The notes beneath the pieces are model-generated. The model had not been told where the DNA came from. It ran no database searches and saw nothing but the letters and a program-made list of their open reading frames with translations. 64,000 nucleotides of DNA from a virus. A program made the translations under genes and the position numbers. Below, piece by piece: positions 36,614 to 49,800 of the stretch. The DNA is taken from IMG/VR virus record IMGVR_UViG_3300035670_000025; one strand, given 5' to 3'. Every line of letters begins with the position of its first letter. Position 1 is the stretch's first letter.

Positions 36614-38428
36614 ATGGCAAATACAAGCATAAATCTAGTTGATCTGGATTTCGCATCTTTAAAAAATAGTTTCAAAACATACCTACAAGAACAAACAATT
36701 TTCAAAGATTATGACTTTGAAGGTTCAAACTTAAATGTTCTTCTGGATCTATTATCCTACAATACCTTCAAAAATGCATTTTATCTTAATATGGTGCTAT
36801 CAGAAGCATTCCTTGATTCAGCACAACTTAGAAATTCAGTTCTATCACACGCAAAAGAATTAAATTATCTACCAAATTCAGTTCGTTCTGCAAAAGCAAC
36901 TGTTCAAGTCACTTTTAATGTAGAAGAAGGAAATGATGGTCCATTCACAATCCAAAAAGGTTCTCCATTCACAACACTAGTAAAAAGTGATGCATATACC
37001 TTTACAATTCCAGAAACAATCACAGTTTCATCTGCAAATAATACTTACAGTTTTGAAACAGACATATATGAAGGAATTTATGTAAAAGATACTTATACAT
37101 TTTTAGAAGGAATTGAAAATCAAAGATTTAGAATAACCAATAGAAATGTTGATACTAATTCAATAACAGTTGTTGTATATGAAGATAATACCGAAATCGG
37201 AGACATTTATACTGTTACAAATACTTTATTAGGAGTGACAGAAACATCAAAAGTATTTTTCATACAACCTGTAGGAAATGGTTATTATGAAATCTTATTT
37301 GGTGAAAATTTATTTGGCAGACAACCAAAAATAAATTCAACAATTGTAATTGATTACAGAATATCTGCCGGATCACTTGCAAACGGTGCTAGATCATTTT
37401 CATTGGATTTTGATCCAACTGATCTTGGAGCAATGAGTTCATATACTATATCAACTGTAGAAAATGCTTCTGGAGGTGCAGATGAACAATCCATTGAATC
37501 TATCAGAAAATTAGCACCAAGATATTTTGCTGCACAACAAAGAGCAGTTGCATCAGATGACTACAAATCATTGGTTCTTAGTGCGTTTAGTGAAGTTGTT
37601 TCAGATGTTTCTGTTTATGGTGGAGAAACTGTTGAACCAAAACAATATGGTAAAGTTATTGTTTCAATTAAACCAGTTGGAAATGAAATAGCAACAGATA
37701 CTGTAAAAACAACTATTGCTTCATATCTTGAAAAATATGCATCTATCCCAACAAGAATTGTTGTTAAAGATCCAGAATATTTCTTTCTTGAAATAAAAAC
37801 AACGATTCAATATGATACAACTTTGACATCAAAAACTGCAACAGAATTAAGAAGCACAGTAAGAAGAGCAATTGACGATTATAGTAACGAGAATTTAGAA
37901 ATATTCAATAATGATTTTAGATATTCTAAGTTTGTAAAAGAAATCGACGATAGTGATGTTAGCATTGTAAGCAATGATACAAATGTTAGATTGATTAAAA
38001 AGTTATCACCAAGAATTAATTTTAGAGAAACTTTCGTTATTGGTTATAATAATGCTTTACATCCTGGTAGGGTAACACCAACACTAGAACAATCTTTAGG
38101 ATTGACAATTGTGGAAAGTTCTATTTTTACTTTCCAAGACGAATCTGGAAATAATTACACAGACAGTAAAATCATAGATGACGGTAGAGGTAGATTAATA
38201 GTATATGCATATATAAATGATATTTTTACTGTATTAAATTCAAATGTTGGAAGTGTAAATTATGAAACTGGTAGAGTATCAATAAGTAATTTAAGAGTTT
38301 CTGATTATTCTGGATTTGTTTCAATTTATGTAACATTAAGAGCAAAAGATGTGATTGTAAAACAATCAGATTTTCTTTCTGTTAATTTACAAGATGTAAC
38401 TATAAACGTAATTGAACGATTAGACTAA
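36614..38428 (+). CDS. 6: baseplate wedge subunit gp6
   Basis: LDF..LK, DYDFEGSNL..LLDLLSYNT, FLDSAQLR, QQRAVASDDY. Confidence 0.95.
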   Translation: MANTSINLVDLDFASLKNSFKTYLQEQTIFKDYDFEGSNLNVLLDLLSYNTFKNAFYLNMVLSEAFLDSAQLRNSVLSHAKELNYLPNSVRSAKATVQVTFNVEEGNDGPFTIQKGSPFTTLVKSDAYTFTIPETITVSSANNTYSFETDIYEGIYVKDTYTFLEGIENQRFRITNRNVDTNSITVVVYEDNTEIGDIYTVTNTLLGVTETSKVFFIQPVGNGYYEILFGENLFGRQPKINSTIVIDYRISAGSLANGARSFSLDFDPTDLGAMSSYTISTVENASGGADEQSIESIRKLAPRYFAAQQRAVASDDYKSLVLSAFSEVVSDVSVYGGETVEPKQYGKVIVSIKPVGNEIATDTVKTTIASYLEKYASIPTRIVVKDPEYFFLEIKTTIQYDTTLTSKTATELRSTVRRAIDDYSNENLEIFNNDFRYSKFVKEIDDSDVSIVSNDTNVRLIKKLSPRINFRETFVIGYNNALHPGRVTPTLEQSLGLTIVESSIFTFQDESGNNYTDSKIIDDGRGRLIVYAYINDIFTVLNSNVGSVNYETGRVSISNLRVSDYSGFVSIYVTLRAKDVIVKQSDFLSVNLQDVTINVIERLD

Positions 38429-40986
38429 TGGAAAATATAGAACAAAAAATATCAAATCTAGTCGAACAACAATTTCCTGCTTTCTATCAAGAAGAAGGTC
38501 CAGCATTTATTTCATTCGTAAAAGCATATTATGCCTGGATGGAAGAAGAAGGAAATACAATCAACCAATCAAGAAATATTCTGAATTACAGAGATTTAGA
38601 TGAAACTCTTGAAGATTTTCTTTTATTCTTTCAAAAGAAATATTTGTATGGAATACCATTTAATACAATCATTAACAAAAGAAAATTGTTAAAACATGTA
38701 TTAGATGTATACAGAACAAAAGGTTCTATACAATGTTTTGAGTTATTATTCAAATTAATTTATAATCAAAAAATGGAACTCTATTTACCGAGTAGAGATA
38801 TATTAAAACCTTCTGATGGAACTTGGAAAGAAAGAAAATATATTGAAATATCAGAATCGGAATTAAGTCCATCATTTGTTGGTAAAACAATTCGTGGCAT
38901 TGCTTCTGGCACAACAGCAATCGTTGAAAGTTATGTAACAGAACCATTTTATGATAATATAATTCACATATTTTACCTATCAAACATTTCTCCAAAAGGA
39001 GGAGATTTTGCGGTTGGTGAAAAAATAGTCAGTCAACAATTATTAGATACCACCGACAACTTATCTGCAACCTTATTAAATTCTCCAGTAATAAGTGGAT
39101 CTTTGGATAATGTAGAAATTATTTCAGGAGGAAAAGGATTTAGTCTTGGTGATGTGTTAAAAATTGCGCACAGAGACGCAAATAATAATATAATTTCTCT
39201 TGGTAAAGAAGGTCAAGTTAAAGTAACATCATTGAGAAATGGTAGAGGGCAATTAGTATTTACACTCATTAATGGTGGGTGGGGATATATGCTTGATTCT
39301 GAAACATTTATATACAGGTTTGAAGGTGATACCACTGGATTTGGAGCATCTTTTGGAATTGATAGTTTAGCATATACAAAACAAATTGAATACTGTTGTG
39401 ATTTGATTTGTGGATTTTTGGGAGATGTAATCAACACTGTTAATACTAATGGATTTACTGCTCTTTTCAACAACGATCCTCCTATTCCTTTAGTTTTTGA
39501 TGAAACTCCTCTAGGAACAATATTAACATTCAAAGAAGGTCAAATAGGAGCAATTGCTTCTTTAGGAAATCTTAATTCTGGAAATAATTATACAGCAGTT
39601 CCTTATACTTTTATTAAAACAGTAATACAATCAAGTCCTTTAGATGGAAGTTTGAAATATAATAGTAACAGCACGATAGTGTATGGTGCTAATACCGAGT
39701 TTGATAGCTTCTTGGAAGCAAATGGAATTATTTACATACAAGCAGATTTTAATGATGGTAACACAATAGAATCTCATATAATTAGATCTATAGACAATCA
39801 AGTTAATATATTTGCCAATACTTTTGGAGTAGATGCGGCAAATGATGTATTATACATCACTGATGCTAATTCTATTTTCAATGTCAATGATTATGTTTTT
39901 TATGCTGTTCCATCAACGAATACTGTTATTGCTGGATTAACTGCCAATTCTTATTATTATATCTCATTTGCAAACAGCAGTTCTTTAGCATTATCATTAA
40001 CTGAAGGTGGAACAAATATTGATATAACAGAAACTAGAACATCTTTTCCTGGTGAAACGCACACATTAACCAATGAAGTTTCAAGAAAATTAACTCTTTA
40101 TGGAAAACCATCATTAAATTCTACTGCAACTGCTGTTTATCGTATAGGAGCAGACATATTAACATCAAATTATCCACCAAATTCCTCGGTGTTTGATTTG
40201 ATTTCAGAGTTTTCTTTGAATGCTATAGCAAATGTTTATGCTACTCCATATGACACAAGCAATAGCATTGTTGCAACAACAAAAGCAGTAGTTTCTGGTA
40301 GTGGTTATTACGAAGGAGAATTTGTCAAACTATATTTGTATGGTGGAGTAAATACTCCTTCGATATTAAACGGTGGAATTGATTATACCAATAACGATGT
40401 TGTTTTATTTTCTGGCGGTGATCCAAATGTGCCTGCAAAAGGATTTGTTACTACTGATTCAACTGGTAAAATAAATGCGGTTGGTATGACCTTTTTTGGT
40501 TCTGGATATACATCTGTCCCAACCATTTATGTTAAGTCTAACACTGGTTCTAATGCTATTTTAACAACAACTTTAACAGATTACAATTATGAGAATGAAG
40601 TAACTGGCAGAGTTAGAAAATCTGGTCTTGGCACTGAAAAAGGTAGGTGGACAACCACAAGAGGATTTTTAAATTCCGATAAATATATACAAGACAGTTA
40701 TTATTACCAAGATTTTTCATACGAGTTACAAACATCTGTTAAATTGAACAAGTATAAAAAGATATTATATGATACTTTTCATATTGCCGGAACAGAAATG
40801 TTTGGCAAGTATTTGTTAGTTAAAACAGAAAGTTCTCCGATAACAGTTGGTGATGGATTTGGACCGTTCTTAGCAACAATAACATATGCAAATACAATAA
40901 CTGTAGATTCAACGAATACTCTTTTCAATAGTGATAGCACATTAATTTCAATAGATCAAACATATGTTGCTAACACTACAATATAA
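38428..40986 (+). CDS. 7: baseplate wedge initiator gp7-like
   Basis: QFPAFY, FVKAYY.WME, YRTKGS, KPSDG.W, IQDSYYYQDFSY, HIAGTEMFG. Confidence 0.8.
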   Translation: MENIEQKISNLVEQQFPAFYQEEGPAFISFVKAYYAWMEEEGNTINQSRNILNYRDLDETLEDFLLFFQKKYLYGIPFNTIINKRKLLKHVLDVYRTKGSIQCFELLFKLIYNQKMELYLPSRDILKPSDGTWKERKYIEISESELSPSFVGKTIRGIASGTTAIVESYVTEPFYDNIIHIFYLSNISPKGGDFAVGEKIVSQQLLDTTDNLSATLLNSPVISGSLDNVEIISGGKGFSLGDVLKIAHRDANNNIISLGKEGQVKVTSLRNGRGQLVFTLINGGWGYMLDSETFIYRFEGDTTGFGASFGIDSLAYTKQIEYCCDLICGFLGDVINTVNTNGFTALFNNDPPIPLVFDETPLGTILTFKEGQIGAIASLGNLNSGNNYTAVPYTFIKTVIQSSPLDGSLKYNSNSTIVYGANTEFDSFLEANGIIYIQADFNDGNTIESHIIRSIDNQVNIFANTFGVDAANDVLYITDANSIFNVNDYVFYAVPSTNTVIAGLTANSYYYISFANSSSLALSLTEGGTNIDITETRTSFPGETHTLTNEVSRKLTLYGKPSLNSTATAVYRIGADILTSNYPPNSSVFDLISEFSLNAIANVYATPYDTSNSIVATTKAVVSGSGYYEGEFVKLYLYGGVNTPSILNGGIDYTNNDVVLFSGGDPNVPAKGFVTTDSTGKINAVGMTFFGSGYTSVPTIYVKSNTGSNAILTTTLTDYNYENEVTGRVRKSGLGTEKGRWTTTRGFLNSDKYIQDSYYYQDFSYELQTSVKLNKYKKILYDTFHIAGTEMFGKYLLVKTESSPITVGDGFGPFLATITYANTITVDSTNTLFNSDSTLISIDQTYVANTTI

Positions 40987-40989
40987 ATA
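40982..40989 (+). promoter_or_regulatory. late promoter
   Basis: TATAAATA upstream of the 41018 ORF. Confidence 0.75.
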
Positions 40990-41017
40990 ATGTGAACAAA
41001 GAAATTAAAGGAAGACG

Positions 41018-42232
41018 ATGGCAAAGAAAATAGTTCAAACAGGTTCATCACCAAACGACGGCACAGGAGACACTCTCCGAGATGCAATGACGAAGGTGAA
41101 TGATAATTTTACCGAAATTTATACCGGATTAGCATTTCTTGGATTATCAAATTCTGCCACAATAACAGCAAACTCTTTAGGATTTTCTAATACAGATAAT
41201 GTTTTATTTGTATCATTAGCAAATTCTAAATTTCCAGTGAACACAGAAGTAACATATACCGTTCCATCTGGCAACACACCAATTTCACCATTAACAGGCA
41301 ACACTGTTTATTATGTTTCATTTGCTAATTCTACAGCACTTGCTTTATCAGCAACTGAAGGTGGAGCAAATATTGATATTAATGATGCTAGAACAACCAG
41401 TTCAGGAGAATCACACTCGTTAACTAGTGATGTTGATTCAAACATTGTTTTTGCTACAGATTCAATTACACTAGAATCTGTAACTGTTAATACCACAAGC
41501 ATTTTCGTAGGAAATTCTACTGTAAATACTGTTGCTAATTCAACACACACAAAGATTTCAAACTCTACTACAAATTCTACATTAACCAGTACAGCATTGA
41601 GCATTGGAAATACTGTAGTAAATTCTACAGTAGTTTATTTGGCATCTAATCTTTATGTAAATTCCACGACAATATATGTTAGTAATGGCACATCAACAAA
41701 TGTGAATATTGTTGGGAATAGATTTGCTATAGGTAACAGTTCTGTAAACAACAACATAACATCAAATTCTATACACATTTCAAATACTAATGTAAACACA
41801 CAAATAACACTTAGACAAATTACATTAAATAACAATACTAGTGTTTCTGCTGTATACAGTGGAAATTCCATATCTATTGGAAACTCTACAGTAAATGTTT
41901 TTTCAAACTCTAGTTATTTGTTTGTACAAACTGCAAATGTTGCGACAAATACTGGATTAACTCTAGGCAGTTCTACATCAGCAGCAAACGGATATACATT
42001 TTTACCAAATGGACTTAAATTAAATTGGGGATGGGTTTCTGCAAATAGCAGTGACGGCAATGCTACATTTACTTCAGCATATACGACAAATTGTTGGTCT
42101 GTTACTGCAACTAGTAATACTAGTGTTGCTACATATCAAGCATCTGTACAAAGTGTAAATAATACTGTTGCTGTTATAAGAACTGCTAATGCAACATCTA
42201 CAAATGTATTTTGGATGTCTATAGGATCTTAA
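41018..42232 (+). CDS. gp9/gp10-like N-terminus fused to a short fibre
   Basis: PNDGTGDTLRDAMTKVNDNFTEIY; C-terminal GYTFLPNGLKLNWG fibre-tip motif. Confidence 0.75.
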   Translation: MAKKIVQTGSSPNDGTGDTLRDAMTKVNDNFTEIYTGLAFLGLSNSATITANSLGFSNTDNVLFVSLANSKFPVNTEVTYTVPSGNTPISPLTGNTVYYVSFANSTALALSATEGGANIDINDARTTSSGESHSLTSDVDSNIVFATDSITLESVTVNTTSIFVGNSTVNTVANSTHTKISNSTTNSTLTSTALSIGNTVVNSTVVYLASNLYVNSTTIYVSNGTSTNVNIVGNRFAIGNSSVNNNITSNSIHISNTNVNTQITLRQITLNNNTSVSAVYSGNSISIGNSTVNVFSNSSYLFVQTANVATNTGLTLGSSTSAANGYTFLPNGLKLNWGWVSANSSDGNATFTSAYTTNCWSVTATSNTSVATYQASVQSVNNTVAVIRTANATSTNVFWMSIGS

Positions 42233-42241
42233 AGGAAGATA

Positions 42242-43816
42242 ATGGGAAAATTAACACCACATTTTAAAACTGCGATGGTAGAAGATATCATTAAGTCTAT
42301 ACAGACAGGCAGTTCATATTATTACGGGTTTGCTGCCAATCCGGACGAATGGACTGGAAATACAATTCCTATAGAAACTTCTGATGAATATACTTCTTAT
42401 TTTTTTAATAATTGGACAATGTTATTTGGCAAAAGAATAACTAATACTGATATTTTTCCAGTAATAAGAAGAATTACTTGGGCAGCAAACACAGTATATG
42501 ACAAATTTGATAATACAAAAACAACATTAGGCAATTCAAATTTTTATGTTATTGTAAATCCTTCAGAAGAAGGAGGATTTTATAACATTTTTAAGTGCCT
42601 CAACAATGCAAATGGTGCTGCATCAACTGCAAAACCAGAACAAATTCAAGCAACATCATTCACTACAGAAGACGGATATGTTTGGAGATATATTACTTCT
42701 ATTGCAGATAAAGTAGTAAAAAGATTTGGAACAGAAGCATTTATGCCTGTATATGCAAATGGAGAAATGGTAGAATCTGCATACGAATATTCTGGTATAG
42801 ATGTAGTAACAATACAAAATTCAGGAGTTGGTTATGATGTAACCAGCAACGGAACAATATTAGGAATAGTAAATAGCACAGTATTACAGATTAGCAGTGC
42901 TGCTGAAGGACAAACTGGTTATTATACGAACAATTCAATTTATATAACATCCAACACACAACCATCACAATTGAGAGTTGTTAGCAATTCATTTTCAAAT
43001 GCATCTGGTATATATGTTCGGTTGTCAAGTCCTGCAACAACATCATACATAACACCATCAATATCAAGATATTATATTGGTCCTCAAGTAAAATTTTCCA
43101 CTGACGGTGATGAAAGTCCATCAGCAATTGCATTAGTGAATGCTTCTACAAAAGGCATACACACTATACAATTAGTAAATAAAGGATATGGTATAACCAG
43201 AGCAGACATACAAATAATAACATCTCCGGTTGCAACTGCATCACAAAATACTGCCACTGCTGCAAATGTTGTTTGTATTCCTGCTCCTCCTGGTGGGCAT
43301 GGAGCAAATCCAGTAACAGAACTTTATTCACAAGGAGTATCATTCAATTTTAATTTTGCAAACAGTGAATTAGGAACAATTCCAATAAATGTAAAATACA
43401 ACAAAATAGGATTGATTAAAAACCCATCAACATTGACTCTGACTGCTGAAAAGGGTGGAGCATATACTGCGAACACATTTAATTCACTAATTAATGCAGC
43501 ATTAACGAGCAACGGAACCCCTTCTCCATTTACCGTGGGGGATATACTGACTGGACAAACTTCTGGTGCAAAAGCAAAAATTGCAGCAATAGAGAATGTT
43601 GAAGGAACTTCAATAAAACTTGTTGGGGATAAAAATTTCATTGATACAGAAACTGTTATTGATAGTTCAAACAACAGTTCAACAATGACAACTGAATATT
43701 CTTCGATAAAAGATATATATACAAAAGACTTATATCCTATGTATTTTCAAAATATTGAAGCTACAGAAAGATCAAATTCACAAATAGAATCATTTAAAAT
43801 AATTATACAGGTATAA
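42242..43816 (+). CDS. 8: baseplate wedge subunit gp8-like
   Basis: IRRITW...YD, FKCLNN, EDGYVWRY, PPGGHGANPVTEL, ERSNSQIESFKII. Confidence 0.85.
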   Translation: MGKLTPHFKTAMVEDIIKSIQTGSSYYYGFAANPDEWTGNTIPIETSDEYTSYFFNNWTMLFGKRITNTDIFPVIRRITWAANTVYDKFDNTKTTLGNSNFYVIVNPSEEGGFYNIFKCLNNANGAASTAKPEQIQATSFTTEDGYVWRYITSIADKVVKRFGTEAFMPVYANGEMVESAYEYSGIDVVTIQNSGVGYDVTSNGTILGIVNSTVLQISSAAEGQTGYYTNNSIYITSNTQPSQLRVVSNSFSNASGIYVRLSSPATTSYITPSISRYYIGPQVKFSTDGDESPSAIALVNASTKGIHTIQLVNKGYGITRADIQIITSPVATASQNTATAANVVCIPAPPGGHGANPVTELYSQGVSFNFNFANSELGTIPINVKYNKIGLIKNPSTLTLTAEKGGAYTANTFNSLINAALTSNGTPSPFTVGDILTGQTSGAKAKIAAIENVEGTSIKLVGDKNFIDTETVIDSSNNSSTMTTEYSSIKDIYTKDLYPMYFQNIEATERSNSQIESFKIIIQV

Positions 43817-43819
43817 CAA

Positions 43820-46800
43820 ATGGCATTAGAAAAAGACCTCAACGTCCCACCATATTTTGATGATTATGATCCAGAAAAGAATTATTATAGAGTTTTGTAT
43901 AGACCTACTGTTGCTGTTCAAGCAAGAGAATTGACACAACAACAGACAATATTACAATCTCAAATTGAAAGATTTGGAAATCATGTATTCAAAGATGGTT
44001 CAATTGTTGACGGTGTTGGTATAATTTATTATCCTAATGTTCATTTTATTGCGGTTGATGATTTCTTTTCATTTGCAAACGGATTAATTTCTGATATTTA
44101 TCCAACCACACTAACATCTAATACTGAAGAAACATATCTTGTAACAAATTCTACAGAATCAAACAGTGCAGTTCGTGCAACAATAAGAATTGCGAAAGAT
44201 GGTACTAAAGAAAATGCAAATAATACTTTTAGGGAAACAAATAGATTTTATTTAGATTATACTTTTACGGGAACAGATCTTGATGGAGATGATGTTAATA
44301 GATTTGCTCCTGGAGATACATTATATTTTTATAATTCCAATCAGAACAAATTTGGAACATTAGATGCTAATAATTTAACATATACAATTAATGCGTTGTC
44401 GTCTAATAGTGTATTTGATGCTGATGGAAATGCCTATTTGATTGGATGTACAGATGGTACAATTTATCAAAAAGGATTTTTCAGTTTAGTTAATAGACAA
44501 GTTATTACTGTCAGAGATTTTTCAACGAATGTAGATTCATATGTAGTTGGATTTGATACTACAGAAACAATTGTTGATGAAAATCAAGATGAATCTTTAT
44601 TGGATAATGCGTTAGGATATCCAAATGAAAATGCTCCTGGTGCACATAGATTAAAGTTGACCCCAACTTTAGTTTCCAAATTAAACACTGATACTTCAAA
44701 CAACAAAAATTTCTTTGCTATTGTTGAATTTGATAACGGATTTCCAACACAACAAAAAGATGATCCGTTTTATAATGTTTTAAACGAACAACTTGCAAGA
44801 AAAACATATGAAGAATCTGGAGATTATGTAGTCAATCCTTTTCAAGTAGAATCTATATTAGATGAAAACGATTCTCAACAATTTCGTTACAGAATATCTC
44901 CTGGAATAGGATATGTGAGAGGAAATAGAATTGAAAAAGTTGGAACATCGAAAGTAACTGTTCAGAAAGCAACAATAACAGAGGTTGCTGAAAACCAAAT
45001 AATAACAGCAAATTATGGAAATTATGTCATATGTAATGAATATTTGGGACAATTTGATTTTAAAAAATTGTCTGAAATTTCTTTATATGACCAACCACAA
45101 AAATCTATTTCTGAATATGAAGGAATTACAACGATTCCATCAGGGTCTGTTGTAGGATATGCTAACATAAGAGCAGTTGTTCATGAAGATGGTACAAAAG
45201 GATCTCCAAATGCTAGATATTATCTATATTTGTTTAATATAAGAATGAATTCTGGGAAAAATTTTTCCACAGATGTTAAAAGTATGTACATGGATGGAAC
45301 TTTTGGGAAAGCAAAAGCAGACATTATTCTTGAAAATGGAATTGCAGTAATAAAAGAATCTACAAAAACACAATCATATTTTGATACTGGGTTATCTGCG
45401 ATAAAGAGATTGACCAATAATACTGGCATAGGAGATACTAGTTTTATTTACAATCAAATAAAACAAGCAACACTTGCGACAGATGGTACAATATCTGTGA
45501 CCATAGATACTGCATATGCTGGCGCATCTTCAGAAAGATTAAATTCTACTACTGGTTCAACTTTAACAGGAAATTCTTTAGACGATTATAATATTTGCAT
45601 ATCATCAAGTACATATACTGCAAATTTAACAAGCACAGTTGCAGTAACATCAGGCACAAAGACCATAACAGGGTCAGGAACAAATTTTACCACAGAATTG
45701 GAAGCAAATTGTAATATAAGAATATATGCAAACACAACACAAACATATATCAGAAGAGTTGTTTCAATTGCAAATAACACATCTTTAACAATTGATACTG
45801 CATTACCATTTAGTAATGGCACATCTAATTATCAAAGATTTTTTGTTGCTGGATCACCATTGCCAATTCAATCTATTTCTATAACTTCTAACACAACATT
45901 TACAGCAAACGTAAACATACCAACAGCATCTTTTGACTCTGCAACAACACCACAAACAGTTTATTGTTCTTATCCAGTTAATAGAAATCAAGCAATTTCT
46001 ATTCCAAAAATAATTAACAAATCCAGATATGTAAAAATTAATTGTTCAAACAACACAACCACAACAACAGGTCCATGGGATTTGGGGCTTGTAGATGTTC
46101 ACAAAATAAAAAACATATATGTTGGAACAACATATGCAAACACAAATGCAGAGAGATCAACTTGGTTTGAATTAGATACAGGACAAAGAGATTCCTTTTA
46201 TGATCATGGCAGATTAATTGTAAAACCAGAATATTCTTCTGAAATAACAAGTTCAACAAGAATTCTCGTAGAATTAGATGTTTTTACAGCAAACTCCTCT
46301 GCCTCTATTGGATTTTTTTCAGTAGAATCTTATCCAATAGATGATGCAAACACTGCAAATACAACTGCTATACAAACAATAGAAATACCAACATATCAAA
46401 ATGTTAGTTTGAGAAATGTTATTGATTTTAGACCAGTAAAATACAACACAGCAAACGTTAATGCAACTGCAATTGGAGATGCTACAGAAAATCCAGCAAC
46501 ATCAAACACATCATTCAATGTTTCTGCATCTGGACAGCATTTTATCGCACCTGATTCTAATTTCACAGCAGACATTGAAAATTATTTACCACGAATTGAT
46601 TTGGTTACTCTTGATCCAAATGGTGTTTTTACAGTAAAACAAGGACAACCATCTACATTACCAAGAGCACCTTTTGTTGATGGTGATAGAAGCATAATTG
46701 CAGAATGTTATGTTCCAGCATATCCAACACCAACTAGAAAAGATTTTGAATTATATGGTCCTAACATAGATTATATTAGAATCAACTTAAAGACAAATAA

Positions 46801-49800
46801 AAGATATACTATGAAGGATGTTGGAACTCTAGAAGATAGAATTAGAAGATTAGAATATTATACGGTATTAAATGCATTAGAACAACAAGCTAAAGATTTG
46901 ACTATTCCAGATGCCAACGGATTAGATAGATTTAAAAATGGAATATTTGCAGACCCATTCAATTCTCATGGGTTGGGTAATGTTTCTGATATAGAATATA
47001 AAATATCAATTGATAAAGATGAAACTGTTGCCAGACCTATTTTTGATGTTCATGATGTCGATTTTAGATATATCAGTTCTAATTCTACCAACGTCCAAAT
47101 GACTGGACCAATTTTAACACTACCATATAATGAAGTAGTTGCTATTGGACAAAGATACGCTACAAAAGTAAGAAATACAACAGAAGCACTATGGCAATGG
47201 AACGGAAGAGTAAAACTATATCCATCTTATGATTTTTATCGTGATAGTAAAGAAGCACCAAACGTAAATGTAAATCTGGACTTAAGTACAGCATGGGAAA
47301 AATATGCAAACATGCCTTGGGACAAACTAGGATTACAAAATCCATTCTCGGCAATATATGGAGATTGGAGAAATGTTAAGAATTTGTCTGTTACTTCAGA
47401 ATCTGTTGTTGATGGTTATATAACCACAACAACAACGACAACAGAAACTTTGCAACAACAAATTGTAAAGCAAATGAAAATCAATTCTATTAATGAAGAA
47501 ATAAATTTGGGTTCATATGTAAAAGATATTACAGTACAACCTTATATGAGATCAAGGATTGTTGCTTTTGTTGCAACAAATATGAAACCAAATACTACTC
47601 TTCATGCATTTTTTGATGATATTAATGTAGATGAATATTGTGTTCAAGGAAATTTAAATGAAGATGATTTTCCAATCATTCCTGGTGTTCCAATTGCAGT
47701 AGCCGAAGGACAAGAAGATCTTGTCGTAAAACAACAAGTAGGATTTAATTGGGGAGAGGGATTAACATCAGACGCAAATGGATTTGTATGCGGGTTGTTT
47801 AGAATTCCTGAAGCACAATTCAGGACAGGAGATAGAGTATTTCAATTAACAAATGTTGATGATCTAGTTATTGGAGCTTCTGCGCAAATAACAACCTCAA
47901 AAGCAACCTTTACAGCAGATAACATTGCAGTGACAAAAGGTTCAACTACGATTAATATCAGGCAACCAGAATTTAATTACACAGAAACAGTAAAAGAAAG
48001 AACCATACAAAGCATTTCCGTTGATGTTGTTGATAATACTCCACAACAAACATATATACACGATGATCCAATCGCACAATCATTTTATGTAGAACCTCCA
48101 GAATACATTCCTGGTGTTTTTATGACAGGTGTGGGTGTATATTTTAAAAGCAAAGATCAAAATCTTGGGTGTTCTGTGTATCTTTGTGAAATGGAAAATA
48201 ATATGCCAGACACAAGGAGAATTTTGGCATCTTCATATTTAGAATCAAGTGCAATTTCTACAAGCAACAATGCTTCATTGGAAACAAAATTTAATTTTGA
48301 TTATCCTGTATACCTACTAAGAAATCAATATGCATTTTTTGTTCAACCTGACGGCAACAGTCCAGAATATCTAATATGGACTGCTGAAACAGGGGGGTAT
48401 GATGTTTCTTCAAATACACAAATTTTCTCCAATCCTTATACTGGATTGATGTTTATATCTGCAAATAGAGATACATGGACCGCATTTCAAAAAGAAGATT
48501 TGAAATTTAATATATATAGACCAAATTTCACTTCAAACACAGGAACTGCAATATTTAAAAATGATGATGACGAATTTTTAACTGTTGACGGATTTACTAA
48601 AGCAAATTCTTCAACAAGACTAGAAATTGGAGATACAGTATTTACTGTTAACACAACATCAGTTGATGTTGCAAATATTAATAGTATAATAGCAAATACT
48701 TTAGTTACAAATTTTGTTTCTGGTAGAATACAATATTTTGATGAAGCAAACGGTACACTATGGTTAGATTCTTCAACTGCAAATTCTACAACATATTTTT
48801 CAAATACAACAAATAAAACAATTGCAATTTATAGACCACAGGACGCATCAAACACATCCCATATCAATGTAAGCACTCTTGTTGCCTATGCTAATATTGT
48901 TACTGTTAACAATTTGAAATATCATGCGGTTGTTCCTAAATTTGGAATATTAGAACCAACAAGAACCTCTTTATCATTTTCATTTAAAGGCACATCAAAT
49001 TCAAACACATTTGATACAAAATACCAAAATGTTATCAATGAACTTGATTACCAATTCATTGATAATGAAAGACATATTGTGTCTAGGTCAAATGAAATAA
49101 CTTCTTTATCTTCAAATAAATCTTCAGAGTTTAAAATTGAATTGTCTACAGAGAATAGTTTGATTTCTCCTGTAATCAATCTTTCAAGAAAAGTAATGAT
49201 GTTTGTTCAAAATATTATCAATGATGATAATACTGATGAACACACCCGATATGGAAATGCAGCAAGCAAATATATTTCTAAAAAAGTTGTGTTGGCAGAC
49301 GGACAAGAAGCAGAGTCTTTGAACATTTATCTTACAGCATATAGACCTGTAGAAACTAATGTTGAAGTATATGCTAAATTTTTAAACAATGAAGATCCAC
49401 AACCATTTGATGATAAAGTATGGACAAAATTGCAGTATGCAAATAATAGCAATTTTATATATTCATCACAAACAAATACATCTGATTTTAAAGAATATTT
49501 GTTTACAGTACCTATCGTAAATTCTGTGCCATATGCAGCATTTGCAAATTCTGGATTTGATATATATAATCCTTTCCCTGGAGGGATATCAATCGAATCA
49601 AGCAATACCGCAATTTCTGCGAAAAAACACAATTTTAATGCAAACACACAAGTAAACAACACGAACGATACTATTACAATCACAGACGCAAATACATATT
49701 TTAGAGTAGGAGATCAAGTTTTATATTCTGTAGATTCTGGCAACACTGCAATAACAGGATTAATTTCAGGAATTTCTTATTTTATAAGTTATGCAAATGC